Positions 35,557-45,818 of a stretch of DNA of 64,000 bases are shown piece after piece (the stretch's first letter is position 1; every line of letters begins with the position of its first letter). This DNA comes from an uncultured Saprospiraceae bacterium (lineage in GTDB: Bacteria; Bacteroidota; Bacteroidia; Chitinophagales; Saprospiraceae): NCBI GenBank assembly GCA_964595955.1, contig CAZQSF010000001.1, forward strand, positions 4,456 through 68,455, read 5' to 3'. The position numbers and the translations under genes were made by a program. The notes beneath the pieces were generated by a model. The model ran no database searches and was not told where the DNA came from. It saw nothing but the letters and a program-made list of their open reading frames with translations.

Positions 35557-36885
35557 ATGAAGAAAAAACATAAAGTATTTAAGTTTGGCGGTGCATCGCT
35601 TAAGGATGCACAGGCTGTGCGAAACGTGGCCCGGATCGTTCGTCATGCGTCCGATCGGCCTCTGCTCATCGTCGTTTCCGCTATGGGGAAAACGACAAAT
35701 GCGTTGGAGGCGATCACAGAGGCGCATTACGACCAAAACGGCGAAGCGATTTTTCTGCTTCACCAGTTGCGGGACCGCCACCTGGACGTCGCCGGCGAAC
35801 TCTTTGTCGAGCAAGCTCCGGTTTTTTCCGCGCTGGCCGATCGCTTTCAACAGATCGAAGCAATGCTCCGGAAACCGCCTGCTGCGCATTACGATTTCAT
35901 GTACGATCAGATCGTTTCCCTGGGCGAGTTGGTTTCCAGCGAGATCGTTGCGGCTTGGTTTAATCATACCGGCATACCGACACACTGGCTGGATGCCCGG
36001 GAGGTCATCCGAACCGATGCTATCTACCGGGAAGGCTGGGTCCAGTGGGAGGATACCCAACAGAACTACGACCAGAAGGTCAAGCCCATTTTGGACGAGG
36101 GGCAAACCGTACTTACCCAGGGGTTTATCGGCAGTACGGCCGATCGGCATACGACCACCCTCGGCCGTGAAGGCTCGGACTACACGGCGGCTATCTTTTC
36201 CTTTTGTATGGATGCGGAGAGTATGACCATCTGGAAAGATGTGCCCGGTGTGCTCACGGCCGATCCCCGACTTTTCGACAACGTTACCAAACTGGATCGC
36301 CTCTCCTACAAGGAAGCCATCGAAATGACGTATTACGGAGCCAAAGTAATCCACCCCAAAACGATAAAGCCCCTTCAGAATAAGAGCATTCCGCTTTATG
36401 TAAAATCCTTCCTGGAGCTGGAAGGGGAGGGGACTTACATTTCCGATGAGGTAGAAGACAATTACCCGGCCATGGTCGCCGTGGAACAGAACCAGGCTTT
36501 ACTGCAGATCTCTACCCGGGACTTCTCCTTCGTGGCCGAACACCACATGAGCTACCTTTTTAATCTGATCGCCGAACTTCGCCTTCAGGTAAATATGATG
36601 CAAAACTCGGCGATCAGCTTCAGCGTATGCCTCAACGATGTAGACGACAAGGTCGAGCGTTTTATCGAACGCGTGGGGGCGGATTTTAAGATCATTGTCG
36701 ACCGGGGCCTCGAGCTGATCACCGTGCGCCATTACCGGCAGGAAGTATTGGACAGCTTGCGCCGGGGCAAGATCGTAATGCTGGAAGAGCGCTTTCGCAA
36801 TACGGCCCAGATGGTCGTAAAAGATATGCCGCTCATGGTCCGAAAGGGGAAATGGCCGGAAGGCGAACAGCCCGACAAGGCGTAG
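35557..36885 (+). CDS. lysC: Aspartate kinase (monofunctional)
   Basis: MKKKHKVFKFGGASLKDAQ and LLIVVSAMGKTTNAL, with C-terminal ACT-like regions. ATG at 35557 lies within track ORF 35461..36885. Confidence 0.9.
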   Translation: MKKKHKVFKFGGASLKDAQAVRNVARIVRHASDRPLLIVVSAMGKTTNALEAITEAHYDQNGEAIFLLHQLRDRHLDVAGELFVEQAPVFSALADRFQQIEAMLRKPPAAHYDFMYDQIVSLGELVSSEIVAAWFNHTGIPTHWLDAREVIRTDAIYREGWVQWEDTQQNYDQKVKPILDEGQTVLTQGFIGSTADRHTTTLGREGSDYTAAIFSFCMDAESMTIWKDVPGVLTADPRLFDNVTKLDRLSYKEAIEMTYYGAKVIHPKTIKPLQNKSIPLYVKSFLELEGEGTYISDEVEDNYPAMVAVEQNQALLQISTRDFSFVAEHHMSYLFNLIAELRLQVNMMQNSAISFSVCLNDVDDKVERFIERVGADFKIIVDRGLELITVRHYRQEVLDSLRRGKIVMLEERFRNTAQMVVKDMPLMVRKGKWPEGEQPDKA

Positions 36886-36911
36886 AAACGGAAAATTTCC
36901 GATCTTTTGGT

Positions 36912-38255
36912 ATGCGATCAGCATTTCAGGAATTTGCTGCCGAACAGGCCCTATGGCAAGCGGGCGATCGGATCTTGGCGGCTGTCAGCGGAGGCCTCGA
37001 TTCCGTAGTGTTGGCCCATTTGCTCCATTCGAGTGGGCTTCCCTTCGGCATCGCTCATATGAACTTCTTCTTGAGGGGGGCGGCATCCGATGAGGATGCC
37101 CGGTTCGTATCGGCCCTCTCTGCTCGATATGGCGTGCCTTGTTTTTCCAGGACGGTGAATACCCGGGCAGCCCAGGAGGCCGGCGAATCCCTGCAGATGA
37201 CGGCTCGACGCCTTCGCTATACCTGGTTGGAAGAAACCCGAACTCGCGAAGGATACGATTGGGTGGCCACGGCTCATCACGTGGACGACTCCATAGAGAC
37301 CTTCCTGTTGAATTTTGCAAAAGGTACGGGCTTGTCCGGCTTGTTGGGCATACCTCCGCGAACGGGCCGGGTCGTGCGTCCTCTGCTGTTTGCTACCCGG
37401 CTACAGATCCAGGCTCTTGGCCGTCAGGAAGGTTTGTCCTGGCGCGAAGATGCCTCCAACGAGGAAACCAAGTACGATCGAAACAAAATTCGCCTGCAGG
37501 CATTGCCCGTGTTGCGGGAGCTGAATCCCAGCTTGTCCGAGACCTCGGTCCGGACTTTCGCCCACTTGCGGGAGGCTGCCCTCCTGGCCGGGGAGGCCGT
37601 TCAGTCTTGGCGAAGTCGTTGCGTAGAAAAGCAGGCCGGTCGATATTGCATCCGCTTGGCTCCCATTGTCGACCACCCGGCCCTGGAGAGCCTCCTGTTT
37701 GCATGGCTTAATGAATTCGGCTTTTCAAGCGGCCAGGTTGCCCAAATTACGGACCGGGTGGACCGGACGGGGGCTCGCTTCGACTCCCCCACACACCGGC
37801 TTCTGGTAGACCGAAATCAGATCCTGGTGGAAAGGCTGCCCGACAAGTCGCGCCCGGCAGATGCCCACCAGCTTGTCGAAACGGGAAGCCGGATCCGATT
37901 GCCTGGCCTGGGGACACTTAGCGCAAGTTCTCCCCAACCCCTGCCGGCCACTATTCCGAACCAACCCTGGCAAGCCTGGCTGGATGCGGAGCGGATCTCA
38001 TTTCCTCTCACAGTCCGTCACTGGAAACCCGGAGACGTCTTCCAACCACTGGGTATGGAAGGCAGCCATCAAAAGGTGCAGGATTTCTTTACCCACCTCA
38101 AACTGGATCGCTTTCAAAAGGAACGTGTTTGGCTTGTGGAAACCGCCAATGGAGAAATTTGTTGGATATTGGGCTATCGGATCGATCATCGCTTTCGCCT
38201 TCGCTCCGACAGCAAGCGTTGTATCGTTTTGACGCTTCTACGGGATAGCTTCTGA
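36912..38255 (+). CDS. tilS: tRNA(Ile)-lysidine synthetase
   Basis: PP-loop ILAAVSGGLDSVVLAHLL, and HHVDDSIETFLLNFAKGTG. ATG at 36912. Confidence 0.9.
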   Translation: MRSAFQEFAAEQALWQAGDRILAAVSGGLDSVVLAHLLHSSGLPFGIAHMNFFLRGAASDEDARFVSALSARYGVPCFSRTVNTRAAQEAGESLQMTARRLRYTWLEETRTREGYDWVATAHHVDDSIETFLLNFAKGTGLSGLLGIPPRTGRVVRPLLFATRLQIQALGRQEGLSWREDASNEETKYDRNKIRLQALPVLRELNPSLSETSVRTFAHLREAALLAGEAVQSWRSRCVEKQAGRYCIRLAPIVDHPALESLLFAWLNEFGFSSGQVAQITDRVDRTGARFDSPTHRLLVDRNQILVERLPDKSRPADAHQLVETGSRIRLPGLGTLSASSPQPLPATIPNQPWQAWLDAERISFPLTVRHWKPGDVFQPLGMEGSHQKVQDFFTHLKLDRFQKERVWLVETANGEICWILGYRIDHRFRLRSDSKRCIVLTLLRDSF

Positions 38256-38272
38256 ACCGAAAACAACATCTT

Positions 38273-39322
38273 ATGACTCGAGCTTTTACCCTCATCCTAC
38301 TGAGCCTGCTACTCACTGGCCAAATTTGGGGCCAAGAGCAGATCCAAAACTCCCTGATCGTCAAGCGAACAGCCACCTGGTGCTCGACTTGCGGCGGAAA
38401 TGCCTGGGATATCATGAGCGATCTGGTAACTCAGCACGAAGGCCAAGCCGTAATTCAGGGAGCCCACCACTCCTCCTCCAGCGATCTGCATCATCCGGAT
38501 GCCCTTGCGCTCATCGAAGGGCTGGAGCCTTCCTTCGGGCAACCGGTGTTCTTTCACAACGGCGACAACATTGGCGGAGGTATTGCCGCTACGCAAAATA
38601 CATTGGACGATCTCGTTGCCCAAACCGCTATGCAGGGTCCTCTTGCCCAGACCGAACTCGTACTGGGCTACGATAGCCAGGAGGACGATGTGTATGTACA
38701 GGCGCAGGTCCGGTTTTTTGAAGGGACCAGCGGGACCTACCATTTATCTGTTTTTCTGGTTGAGAAAGAGGTCGTCGGCTTTCAGCAAAACCGCGGACCG
38801 AATGCCGTGCACAAGCGCGTTTTTCGCGGGGCAATTACCGAGGAAGTCTTCGGCGAAGAAATCGCTTCGGGCAGTATAGGAGCGGGCAACCTCTATTTCT
38901 GGGAGGGCGGGCTGGATGTTTCGGACTATGCCTTGGACAATCTCCAATTCGCAGCCGTGATCTGGGAGCGCCAGGGAGACTCCTACCAGTTCGTCAACGC
39001 GATCGCATCCGATCAGATCGAACTGATCGATCCCACCTCCATTAGGGAGGCCGGTTTGGCCCCCTGGCGGGCCAAACTACTTTCCGCTATGGGCAATGGG
39101 GTGGTGCGTGTAGAGGTACAAAGCCCCGAAGCGCTAAGGCCCTTCTCTATAGAGTTGTTGGATCTGCAGGGGCGCCATTTGGGCGACCTTTACGCCGGAA
39201 CGCTTCTTCCCGGCATTCACCAGTTGGAGCTTCCACTCCCATTCGCCCTTCCCACGGGAATGTATTTGCTTCGGCTCCGGTCGGGATCGCATTTCTCTAC
39301 CCTAAAAGCCATGATCCGATGA
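38273..39322 (+). CDS. Omp28-related/thioredoxin-fold-like secreted protein with a T9SS C-terminal sorting domain
   Basis: Signal MTRAFTLILLSLLLTGQIWGQ. TATWCSTCG is a WCxxC motif. The CTD reads VRVEVQSPEALRPFSIELLDLQGRHL...PTGMYLLRLRS. Confidence 0.7.
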   Translation: MTRAFTLILLSLLLTGQIWGQEQIQNSLIVKRTATWCSTCGGNAWDIMSDLVTQHEGQAVIQGAHHSSSSDLHHPDALALIEGLEPSFGQPVFFHNGDNIGGGIAATQNTLDDLVAQTAMQGPLAQTELVLGYDSQEDDVYVQAQVRFFEGTSGTYHLSVFLVEKEVVGFQQNRGPNAVHKRVFRGAITEEVFGEEIASGSIGAGNLYFWEGGLDVSDYALDNLQFAAVIWERQGDSYQFVNAIASDQIELIDPTSIREAGLAPWRAKLLSAMGNGVVRVEVQSPEALRPFSIELLDLQGRHLGDLYAGTLLPGIHQLELPLPFALPTGMYLLRLRSGSHFSTLKAMIR

Positions 39323-40317
39323 AAAACCTATTCGTTCTTCTCCTTTTTGCATGCGCCTGGAGTTTCTTGTCGGCCCAGGATACCTTTTCCATTGTAGCGG
39401 TCGATACCGCTACGGGCGAAGTGGGCAGCGCCGGCGCTACCTGTCTGGATGAAAACCTGGAAGGTGTGAGTGCTGTGATCATCAGTGACTTGGTGCCGGG
39501 GCGTGGTGCCATACACACCCAGTCGTTCTGGAATGCGGCAAATCAGCTGGGAGCTCGCCAGCGTATGGAGAGCGGAGATAGTCCTTCCGAGATCATCACC
39601 TGGTTGCTAAGCAATGACGAAGGGGGTAATCCTGCCATTCGGCAATACGGCATTGCAGATATCAGTCCGAACGGGAGCCCTCGAAGTGCCGCCTTTACTG
39701 GCCAGGATTGTTTTGATGCCAAAGGACACCGAACCGGCCTGGATTACGCCATCCAGGGCAATATTCTATTGAATGAGGCCGTGCTCGACAGCATGGAAGC
39801 GCGCTTTTTGGCGACGGCAGGTGAACCATTGCCGATCCGCCTGATGGCGGCCATGCAAGGTGCAAATGTAGCAGGGGCCGACAGCCGTTGCTTGGACGAA
39901 GGGGTATCTTCTCGCTCGGCCTTTCTCCGGGTAGCCAAACCCGGTGATCCATCGGATGCACCCACTCTCGATCTGCGCGTAGATGCTACCCCCTTTGGAG
40001 TGGAACCCATTGATGAGCTACAGGACGAATTCGACCAGTGGTTGACGACTTCCGTCGATCATCCGCATGGCAACGAAGAGCTGCAGGTGCAAATCTTCCC
40101 AAATCCGCCCGGTGAAACCTTCAGCCTCCGCACAAATCGGGTGCTAAGGGCGCAGGTCGTTCTTTGGACTGCGGGGGGCAAGGAAGCCGGTCGCTTTGTC
40201 TTTGAGGGAAAACAAGCTGTACTCCCGAGTCCTGAATCGCCCGGGCTGTATTGGGTGATCCTGCAACATTCCGATGGGTCTGTTTTGGAGTCAAAAAAGC
40301 TGGTCGTCGGACCATGA
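39319..40317 (+). CDS. DUF1028 (Ntn-hydrolase-like) protein with a T9SS C-terminal sorting domain
   Basis: After the signal peptide, TFSIVAVDTATGEVGSAGATC is the DUF1028 N-terminal nucleophile pattern. The CTD reads LQVQIFPNPPGETFSLRT...PGLYWVILQH. Its start overlaps the upstream stop (ATGA). Confidence 0.75.
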   Translation: MKNLFVLLLFACAWSFLSAQDTFSIVAVDTATGEVGSAGATCLDENLEGVSAVIISDLVPGRGAIHTQSFWNAANQLGARQRMESGDSPSEIITWLLSNDEGGNPAIRQYGIADISPNGSPRSAAFTGQDCFDAKGHRTGLDYAIQGNILLNEAVLDSMEARFLATAGEPLPIRLMAAMQGANVAGADSRCLDEGVSSRSAFLRVAKPGDPSDAPTLDLRVDATPFGVEPIDELQDEFDQWLTTSVDHPHGNEELQVQIFPNPPGETFSLRTNRVLRAQVVLWTAGGKEAGRFVFEGKQAVLPSPESPGLYWVILQHSDGSVLESKKLVVGP

Positions 40318-40781
40318 TCCAATTAGATCTACAAGCAGGTATGCCGGCCCTCCGGTTTAAAAGGTCGTTGGAAAAACGATGGGTCTTTGACCTCATTCGC
40401 AAAAAATGGGTGGTGCTACAGCCCGAAGAATTGGTTCGGCAGCTGGCCATTCAATACCTCCTGAACGAAAAGGGGTATCTGGCATCTCATATGCGGGTGG
40501 AAATGGGGCTGGCCGAACACTTTGCGGAAAAACGCTGCGATGTGTTGGTATTCGATCGAGCGATGCAGCCCTTTTTGTTGCTGGAATGCAAAGCTCCCAG
40601 CGTTACCATCAGCGAGGCGGTCTTTCGCCAAATCAGTAGTTACAACCTCCCTCTGGCAGCTCCATTTCTCATGATCACCAATGGGCATACCACCTACGGC
40701 TGTGCCATGGATTACGAGCAAAATGACTGGACCTTTCTTACCGAAATACCCGCCTTTCCAAAAGGGCGTAGGGGGGAATGA
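40314..40781 (+). CDS. Stand-alone HsdR-N-terminal-like (PD-(D/E)xK) domain protein
   Basis: WVVLQPEELVRQLAIQYLL...KRCDVLVFDRAMQPFLLLECKAP has a D...ExK nuclease-like motif. The ATG at 40314 overlaps the upstream stop (ATGA). Confidence 0.7.
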   Translation: MIQLDLQAGMPALRFKRSLEKRWVFDLIRKKWVVLQPEELVRQLAIQYLLNEKGYLASHMRVEMGLAEHFAEKRCDVLVFDRAMQPFLLLECKAPSVTISEAVFRQISSYNLPLAAPFLMITNGHTTYGCAMDYEQNDWTFLTEIPAFPKGRRGE

Positions 40782-40826
40782 GCCCTGTTGGCATTTTTAC
40801 TATTTTCACCGGCAAAGCCCAGCCGA

Positions 40827-41777
40827 ATGACGAAGAACGAGCGCATTCTACTTACCGGAGCGGGAGGACAGATCGGCACTGTGCTCACTCAAGCCCTGCG
40901 GGAAAAGTTTGGAGCGGATCGGGTCTTGCCTACAGATCTGCGCCCGCCCGCCCAGGCACCAAAGCCCTTTGAGGTCTTAGATGTATTGGATTCGGAACGG
41001 CTGCGGGCAATCGTCACTCACTTTGAGCCTACCCAGATATATCATCTGGCCGCCATTTTGTCGGCCGTAGGCGAACGAAACCCCCGTCGCGCCTGGGAGA
41101 TCAATATGCAAGGACTGTTTAACGTGCTGGATATAGGGCGCGATGTGGAAGCCCGGCTGTTCTTCCCCAGTTCTATTGCCGTGTTCGGACGACTGAGCCC
41201 CAAAGTCGCTACGCCTCAGAACACCATCCTGCAGCCCGAAACGGTTTACGGCATATCCAAAGTGGCCGGTGAGAGCTGGTGTCAGTATTACCACGAAAAA
41301 TACGGATTGGACGTACGCGCCCTTCGCTATCCCGGGATCATCAGTTACCAGTCTCTGCCCGGAGGCGGAACCACGGATTATGCCGTGGAGATCTTCCATC
41401 AGGCCGTGAAAGGCGAGCCTTATACCTGTTTTCTCAAAGCGGATACGCGCCTGCCCATGCTCTACATGCCGGATGCCATTCGCGCTACCCTTGAACTCAT
41501 GGATGCCCCCAGTGAACAAATTGCTACGCGAACCGGCTATAATTTGGCGGGAATGAGTTTTACCCCCGAGGAGGTCGCTCAGGAGATTCAAAAGCACCTG
41601 CCCGACTTTCGCGTGCGCTATCGGCCCGATTTTCGGCAATCTATAGCCGATACCTGGCCGCAGACCATAGATGACAGTCTAGCCCGGAAAGAGTGGGGGT
41701 GGAAGCCCCAATTCGATCTGCCCGGTATGACCGAAGACATGCTCAGGCACCTCAATGAGCAGGTCGCTCTGAACTGA
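40827..41777 (+). CDS. tdh: L-threonine 3-dehydrogenase, SDR/epimerase type
   Basis: ILLTGAGGQIGTVL Rossmann motif and YGISKVAGE (YxxxK). Immediately upstream of kbl. Confidence 0.8.
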   Translation: MTKNERILLTGAGGQIGTVLTQALREKFGADRVLPTDLRPPAQAPKPFEVLDVLDSERLRAIVTHFEPTQIYHLAAILSAVGERNPRRAWEINMQGLFNVLDIGRDVEARLFFPSSIAVFGRLSPKVATPQNTILQPETVYGISKVAGESWCQYYHEKYGLDVRALRYPGIISYQSLPGGGTTDYAVEIFHQAVKGEPYTCFLKADTRLPMLYMPDAIRATLELMDAPSEQIATRTGYNLAGMSFTPEEVAQEIQKHLPDFRVRYRPDFRQSIADTWPQTIDDSLARKEWGWKPQFDLPGMTEDMLRHLNEQVALN

Positions 41778-41818
41778 CCAAGATTTTCATTTTGTGAACG
41801 AAAAAAAAGCAGTCCGAT

Positions 41819-43009
41819 ATGTACGCAACCGTAGAGCCGGCTTTGGAACAGGAAATCCAAGCCATTAAAGAAGCCGGGTTATATAAAAATGAACGCATCA
41901 TAACGACTCCGCAGGGTGCGGAGATCCGAACGGCCAAAGGTCTGGAGGTGCTCAATTTCTGCGCCAACAACTACCTCGGGCTTTCTTCCCATCCCCGGGT
42001 TCTTGAGGCTGCAAAAAAGGCCATTGATACGCACGGATTCGGGCTTTCCTCGGTGCGATTCATTTGCGGCACCCAGGATATACACAAGGAGCTGGAAAAG
42101 AAGATAGCCGGCTTTCTAGGCATGGAAGATGCCATTTTGTACGCTGCAGCCTTTGATGCCAACGGCGGGCTTTTCGAGCCTCTTCTCACGGCCGAAGATG
42201 CCATCCTAAGCGATGCGCTCAATCACGCTTCTATTATTGACGGCATCCGCCTGTGCAAAGCTCAGCGCTATCGCTTTCAACACAACGATATGGCCGATCT
42301 GGAAGTCAAGCTCCAGGAGGCTCAATCCGCACGCCGACGTCTGATCGCCACCGATGGGGTTTTCAGCATGGACGGCACCATCGCTCAGCTGGACCAGATC
42401 TGCGACCTGGCTGAAAAGTACGATGCCATGGTGATGATCGATGACTGCCACGCTACGGGCTTTTTGGGAAAAACCGGCCGCGGCACCCATGAATACCGGG
42501 CAGTGATGGATCGGATCGATATCATCACGGGCACTTTCGGCAAGGCGTTGGGCGGAGCTAGCGGCGGCTTTACCGCAGCCAAGAAGGAGATTGTAGACCT
42601 TTTGCGGCAGCGCTCCAGGCCCTACTTGTTTTCCAACACCCTGGCACCGGCTATCGTAGGGGCCTCCATAGCGGTAGTAGATATGCTCAGCGAGAGCACC
42701 CATTTGCGCGATAAGCTGGAGGCCAACACCCTCTATTTCCGGGAGGAAATGACCAAGGCCGGCTTCGATATCCTGCCGGGCGAACACGCTATTGTGCCCA
42801 TCATGCTGTACGATGCGCCTCTGAGTCAACGCTTCGCAGATCGCCTGCTGGAAGAAGGCATCTACGTGATCGGCTTTTTCTACCCGGTGGTGCCCAAAGG
42901 CAAAGCCCGTATTCGGGTGCAGCTTTCCGCTGCCCACGAACAGGAGCACCTGGAAAGAGCGGTAGCGGCTTTTACCCGGGTAGGCAAGGAAATGGGGGTG
43001 ATCGATTAG
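41819..43009 (+). CDS. kbl: Glycine C-acetyltransferase (2-amino-3-ketobutyrate CoA ligase)
   Basis: [26 protein letters not shown], and the PLP-lysine region [14 protein letters not shown]. Confidence 0.93.
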   Translation: MYATVEPALEQEIQAIKEAGLYKNERIITTPQGAEIRTAKGLEVLNFCANNYLGLSSHPRVLEAAKKAIDTHGFGLSSVRFICGTQDIHKELEKKIAGFLGMEDAILYAAAFDANGGLFEPLLTAEDAILSDALNHASIIDGIRLCKAQRYRFQHNDMADLEVKLQEAQSARRRLIATDGVFSMDGTIAQLDQICDLAEKYDAMVMIDDCHATGFLGKTGRGTHEYRAVMDRIDIITGTFGKALGGASGGFTAAKKEIVDLLRQRSRPYLFSNTLAPAIVGASIAVVDMLSESTHLRDKLEANTLYFREEMTKAGFDILPGEHAIVPIMLYDAPLSQRFADRLLEEGIYVIGFFYPVVPKGKARIRVQLSAAHEQEHLERAVAAFTRVGKEMGVID

Positions 43010-43022
43010 TGTCGTTTTCGTC

Positions 43023-44177
43023 ATGGGGACTAGAAGTCGCTGGATCTTGTTGGCGATCATGAGCCTGTTGGCTGTAGGTTTGTCTCTGCAGATGTATTCG
43101 TTTGAACCCGGTTACAACCCCCATTTCGACGAGTACTACCCGAGGTATAACAACTACCTGATTTTCAAACACTCTTTTTACCATTTGGTGGAAGGGCGGG
43201 ATCTATACCAGTACTATCCCAAAGCGCATTGGGACCTCTACAAGTACAGCCCTACCTTCCCCCTGCTCATGGCCCCCATGGCTCAACTGCCGGATTGGGC
43301 AGGGCTGATCTTGTGGAATGCGCTCAACCTGCTGGTTCTTTTTTCGGCCTTGAGTTTTCTCAGGCTGGGTAGCAGTCCTTTCAAGCACTGGTTGGCTGTG
43401 CTGTTGGTTCTTCAGGAGGCCATTGGGTCCACCCAGAACGCCCAGAGCAATTGCCTGGTCGCCGGCCTGCTTATCTGGGGGTATCTATTTATGGAGCAGC
43501 GCCGACCGTTGCCAGCCGGTTTGTCGGTTACGTCCGGAATCTTCGTCAAGTTGTTTGGAGGATTGGGGGGGATGTACTTCCTACTTTTTCCACAGCGATG
43601 GAAAGCGATTGCTTGGGCCTCAGGCTGGGCTGTGCTTCTCTTCCTGGCTCCCCTGCTGTTCATTTCCTGGGAAGCTTTGCTGTGTCAGTATGAAAACTGG
43701 TGGGTGATCCTGCAAAGTGACCACTTTGCCGATTCGGGTTACTCCGTTATGGGCATTTTGGAAACCTGGTTCGGCTGGTACCCGCCTAAACTGACCGTTT
43801 TGGGCATTGGGCTTGCGATCCTGCTCTTGCCTCTATTGCGTCTACCCGCCTACCCGAATAGCCGATTCCGGATACACGTTCTCGCCTCGATTCTCCTTTG
43901 GGTCGTATTGTTCAACCACAAGGCCGAACTGCCCTCTTTTCCCATTGCGGTAGCCGGGGCCGCAATCTGGTATTTCTCGCAGCCCGCCACGCCCTGGCGC
44001 ACCTTTTTAATTCTGTTCGTCTGGGTTTTCACCTGCTTGGCTCCTACAGACCTTTCCCCTGCCTGGTTCAAGGAAGAGTGGTACAAGCCCTATGTGATCA
44101 AAGCCCTGCCCTGTCTTCTGGTGTGGATCGCTCTGCAGAGGGACCTCTGGTGGCAAAGCTATGATTGTGCGGAGTAA
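43023..44177 (+). CDS. Polytopic membrane protein, DUF2029/GT87-like glycosyltransferase
   Basis: LVEGRDLYQYYPKAHWDLYKYSPTFPLLMAPMAQLP followed by about 9 hydrophobic segments. Confidence 0.6.
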   Translation: MGTRSRWILLAIMSLLAVGLSLQMYSFEPGYNPHFDEYYPRYNNYLIFKHSFYHLVEGRDLYQYYPKAHWDLYKYSPTFPLLMAPMAQLPDWAGLILWNALNLLVLFSALSFLRLGSSPFKHWLAVLLVLQEAIGSTQNAQSNCLVAGLLIWGYLFMEQRRPLPAGLSVTSGIFVKLFGGLGGMYFLLFPQRWKAIAWASGWAVLLFLAPLLFISWEALLCQYENWWVILQSDHFADSGYSVMGILETWFGWYPPKLTVLGIGLAILLLPLLRLPAYPNSRFRIHVLASILLWVVLFNHKAELPSFPIAVAGAAIWYFSQPATPWRTFLILFVWVFTCLAPTDLSPAWFKEEWYKPYVIKALPCLLVWIALQRDLWWQSYDCAE

Positions 44178-44184
44178 TAAAGAA

Positions 44185-44210
44185 AAGAGCGGCCATTACA
44201 GACCGCTCTT
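44185..44210. terminator. Hairpin between convergent genes
   Basis: aagagcgg-ccattacaga-ccgctctt gives an 8-bp stem, located between the stops at 44177 and 44226. Confidence 0.4.
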
Positions 44211-44225
44211 CAAGGCATATGGGTG

Positions 44226-45794
44226 TTAGGCTTTGACGAGGTGGAGCGTCCGCTGCGCTCCATCCTGCATCAGGATGCGGACGTAATAATTCCCCGGGGG
44301 CAGGCCATGGCCGTCGAACTGGAACTGGTATTGACCCGGGCTAAAGCTTTGACTGGTGAGCACTTTCACCTGTTTGCCTAGCGAATCAGACACGCTCACT
44401 TTAAGCCAGCCGCCGGTATGTTTAAGGGAGATCGTAGCCCAACTTCGGAAAGGGTTGGGGAAGACCGAGGCCTCCAGCGATTGGTTGAGCAGGTTTTGGG
44501 TGTTGGTTACGGTCTGGTCACAGGCATCGCCCAGGATGGACAGGTAGACGAATTCCTCGTGCAGGGAGGAACGCACCTCATCTTCATTCACCCCAAACCA
44601 ATCCATGAGAACAGAACCGTATACATCCCGGAAATCAAATTGCATAGGCACTCCATCTTGCGCGCTCACTTCATCCGGAATGATGGGATTTTCGCCGATC
44701 ACATTGGCACAGGCTGCTTCGCCGAATAAGATGAGGGGGGCGGCGGTACCGTGGTCGGTGCCCAGGCTGTCATTGGATCGGATCTGACGGCCGAATTCGG
44801 AAAAGGTCATGCCCAAAACCCGGCTGCTTAGCCCCAGTTGCTGAATGTCGCTCATGAAGGCGGTAATGGCCTCGGAGATTTCCTGCAGAAGCTCGGCGTG
44901 CCGCCCTTGGGTGGGATCGCTTTTGATCACCTGGTTGGCATGGGTGTCGAAACCGCCGATACTAACAATGAAAATACTGGTTTGCAATCCGCCGCTCATG
45001 AGCAGGGCCACATTCTTGAGTTGAGAGGCCAAGCGGTTGTCGATGGGATAGGTGGCCATGTTGTTGCCCATATTGGCTGCCTCCATCACAGCTTCGCCGT
45101 AGGCGTTGGTCTGCGCAATGACGTTGCGAATGTATTCCAGTTCGTTTCCGTAAGGCGTATCGGGTACCAGCGTTTCCGAATCTTCGGCCAGTTGGGTGAG
45201 GGAAAAGGGATCGCGCAGCGCGATGCTGTAATTGGCCACTTCACCCTGGCAGGTAGTCGATACGGTATTGCCCATGGTCACGGCAAAGGGATGCGGTTGC
45301 TGGTCGTTCGGATACCCGTCGGGGAAGCCAGGATAGCGCTCGTCGAAGTAACGGCCGAGCCAACCGGTCGTCCAGGTGTCATCAGCCGGAGAGCCCGTTG
45401 TCCAGATGTCCGTCGAACGGAAATGCGAGCGGTTTTGGTCTGGATAGCCCACGTCTTGTACGAAGCCTGCCAACCCTTCGGTGAAGAGATTGCGAAGGCC
45501 GCTCATTTTCGGATGCAGCCCGTTCTCCGTGGTCAACGAAAGGATGTCATCTTCCGGGAGCAACACGGCTTGGCGGGCATTGAACAATTTGTCGTACTGA
45601 TCCATGGGAACCAGCATATTCAGCCCGTCATTTCCACCGTTGAGGCGGATAATGACCAATACGCGGTCGGTATCATTAGCCATGCTCCCAAAAAAAGCAG
45701 AGCGGGGCAGGGCGGAGAGGCGAACCCCCTGCAGGGCAAAGGGAAGGGTGACGGCCGCTCCAGCCGTATTTTTTAGAAAGGAACGTCTTTTCAT
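44226..45794 (-). CDS. DUF1501 (sulfatase-fold-like) protein with a twin-arginine signal and a T9SS C-terminal sorting domain
   Basis: MKRRSFLKNTAGAAVTLPFALQG is a Tat motif (RRSFLK). The core has LNGGNDGLN and FDTHANQ. The CTD reads VFPNPFRSWATISL...VSVSDSLGKQV...LPPGNYYVRILM...LHLVKA. Confidence 0.85.
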   Translation of the reverse strand: MKRRSFLKNTAGAAVTLPFALQGVRLSALPRSAFFGSMANDTDRVLVIIRLNGGNDGLNMLVPMDQYDKLFNARQAVLLPEDDILSLTTENGLHPKMSGLRNLFTEGLAGFVQDVGYPDQNRSHFRSTDIWTTGSPADDTWTTGWLGRYFDERYPGFPDGYPNDQQPHPFAVTMGNTVSTTCQGEVANYSIALRDPFSLTQLAEDSETLVPDTPYGNELEYIRNVIAQTNAYGEAVMEAANMGNNMATYPIDNRLASQLKNVALLMSGGLQTSIFIVSIGGFDTHANQVIKSDPTQGRHAELLQEISEAITAFMSDIQQLGLSSRVLGMTFSEFGRQIRSNDSLGTDHGTAAPLILFGEAACANVIGENPIIPDEVSAQDGVPMQFDFRDVYGSVLMDWFGVNEDEVRSSLHEEFVYLSILGDACDQTVTNTQNLLNQSLEASVFPNPFRSWATISLKHTGGWLKVSVSDSLGKQVKVLTSQSFSPGQYQFQFDGHGLPPGNYYVRILMQDGAQRTLHLVKA

Positions 45795-45818
45795 GATGAG
45801 AATGAGTTTAAGGGATTA

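Noticed and set aside
40314-40781. HsdR-N-like protein as evidence of a type I restriction or other defence system.
   Set aside because: There is no HsdM, HsdS, helicase or other defence partner in the vicinity, and the gene sits in a housekeeping co-directional array.
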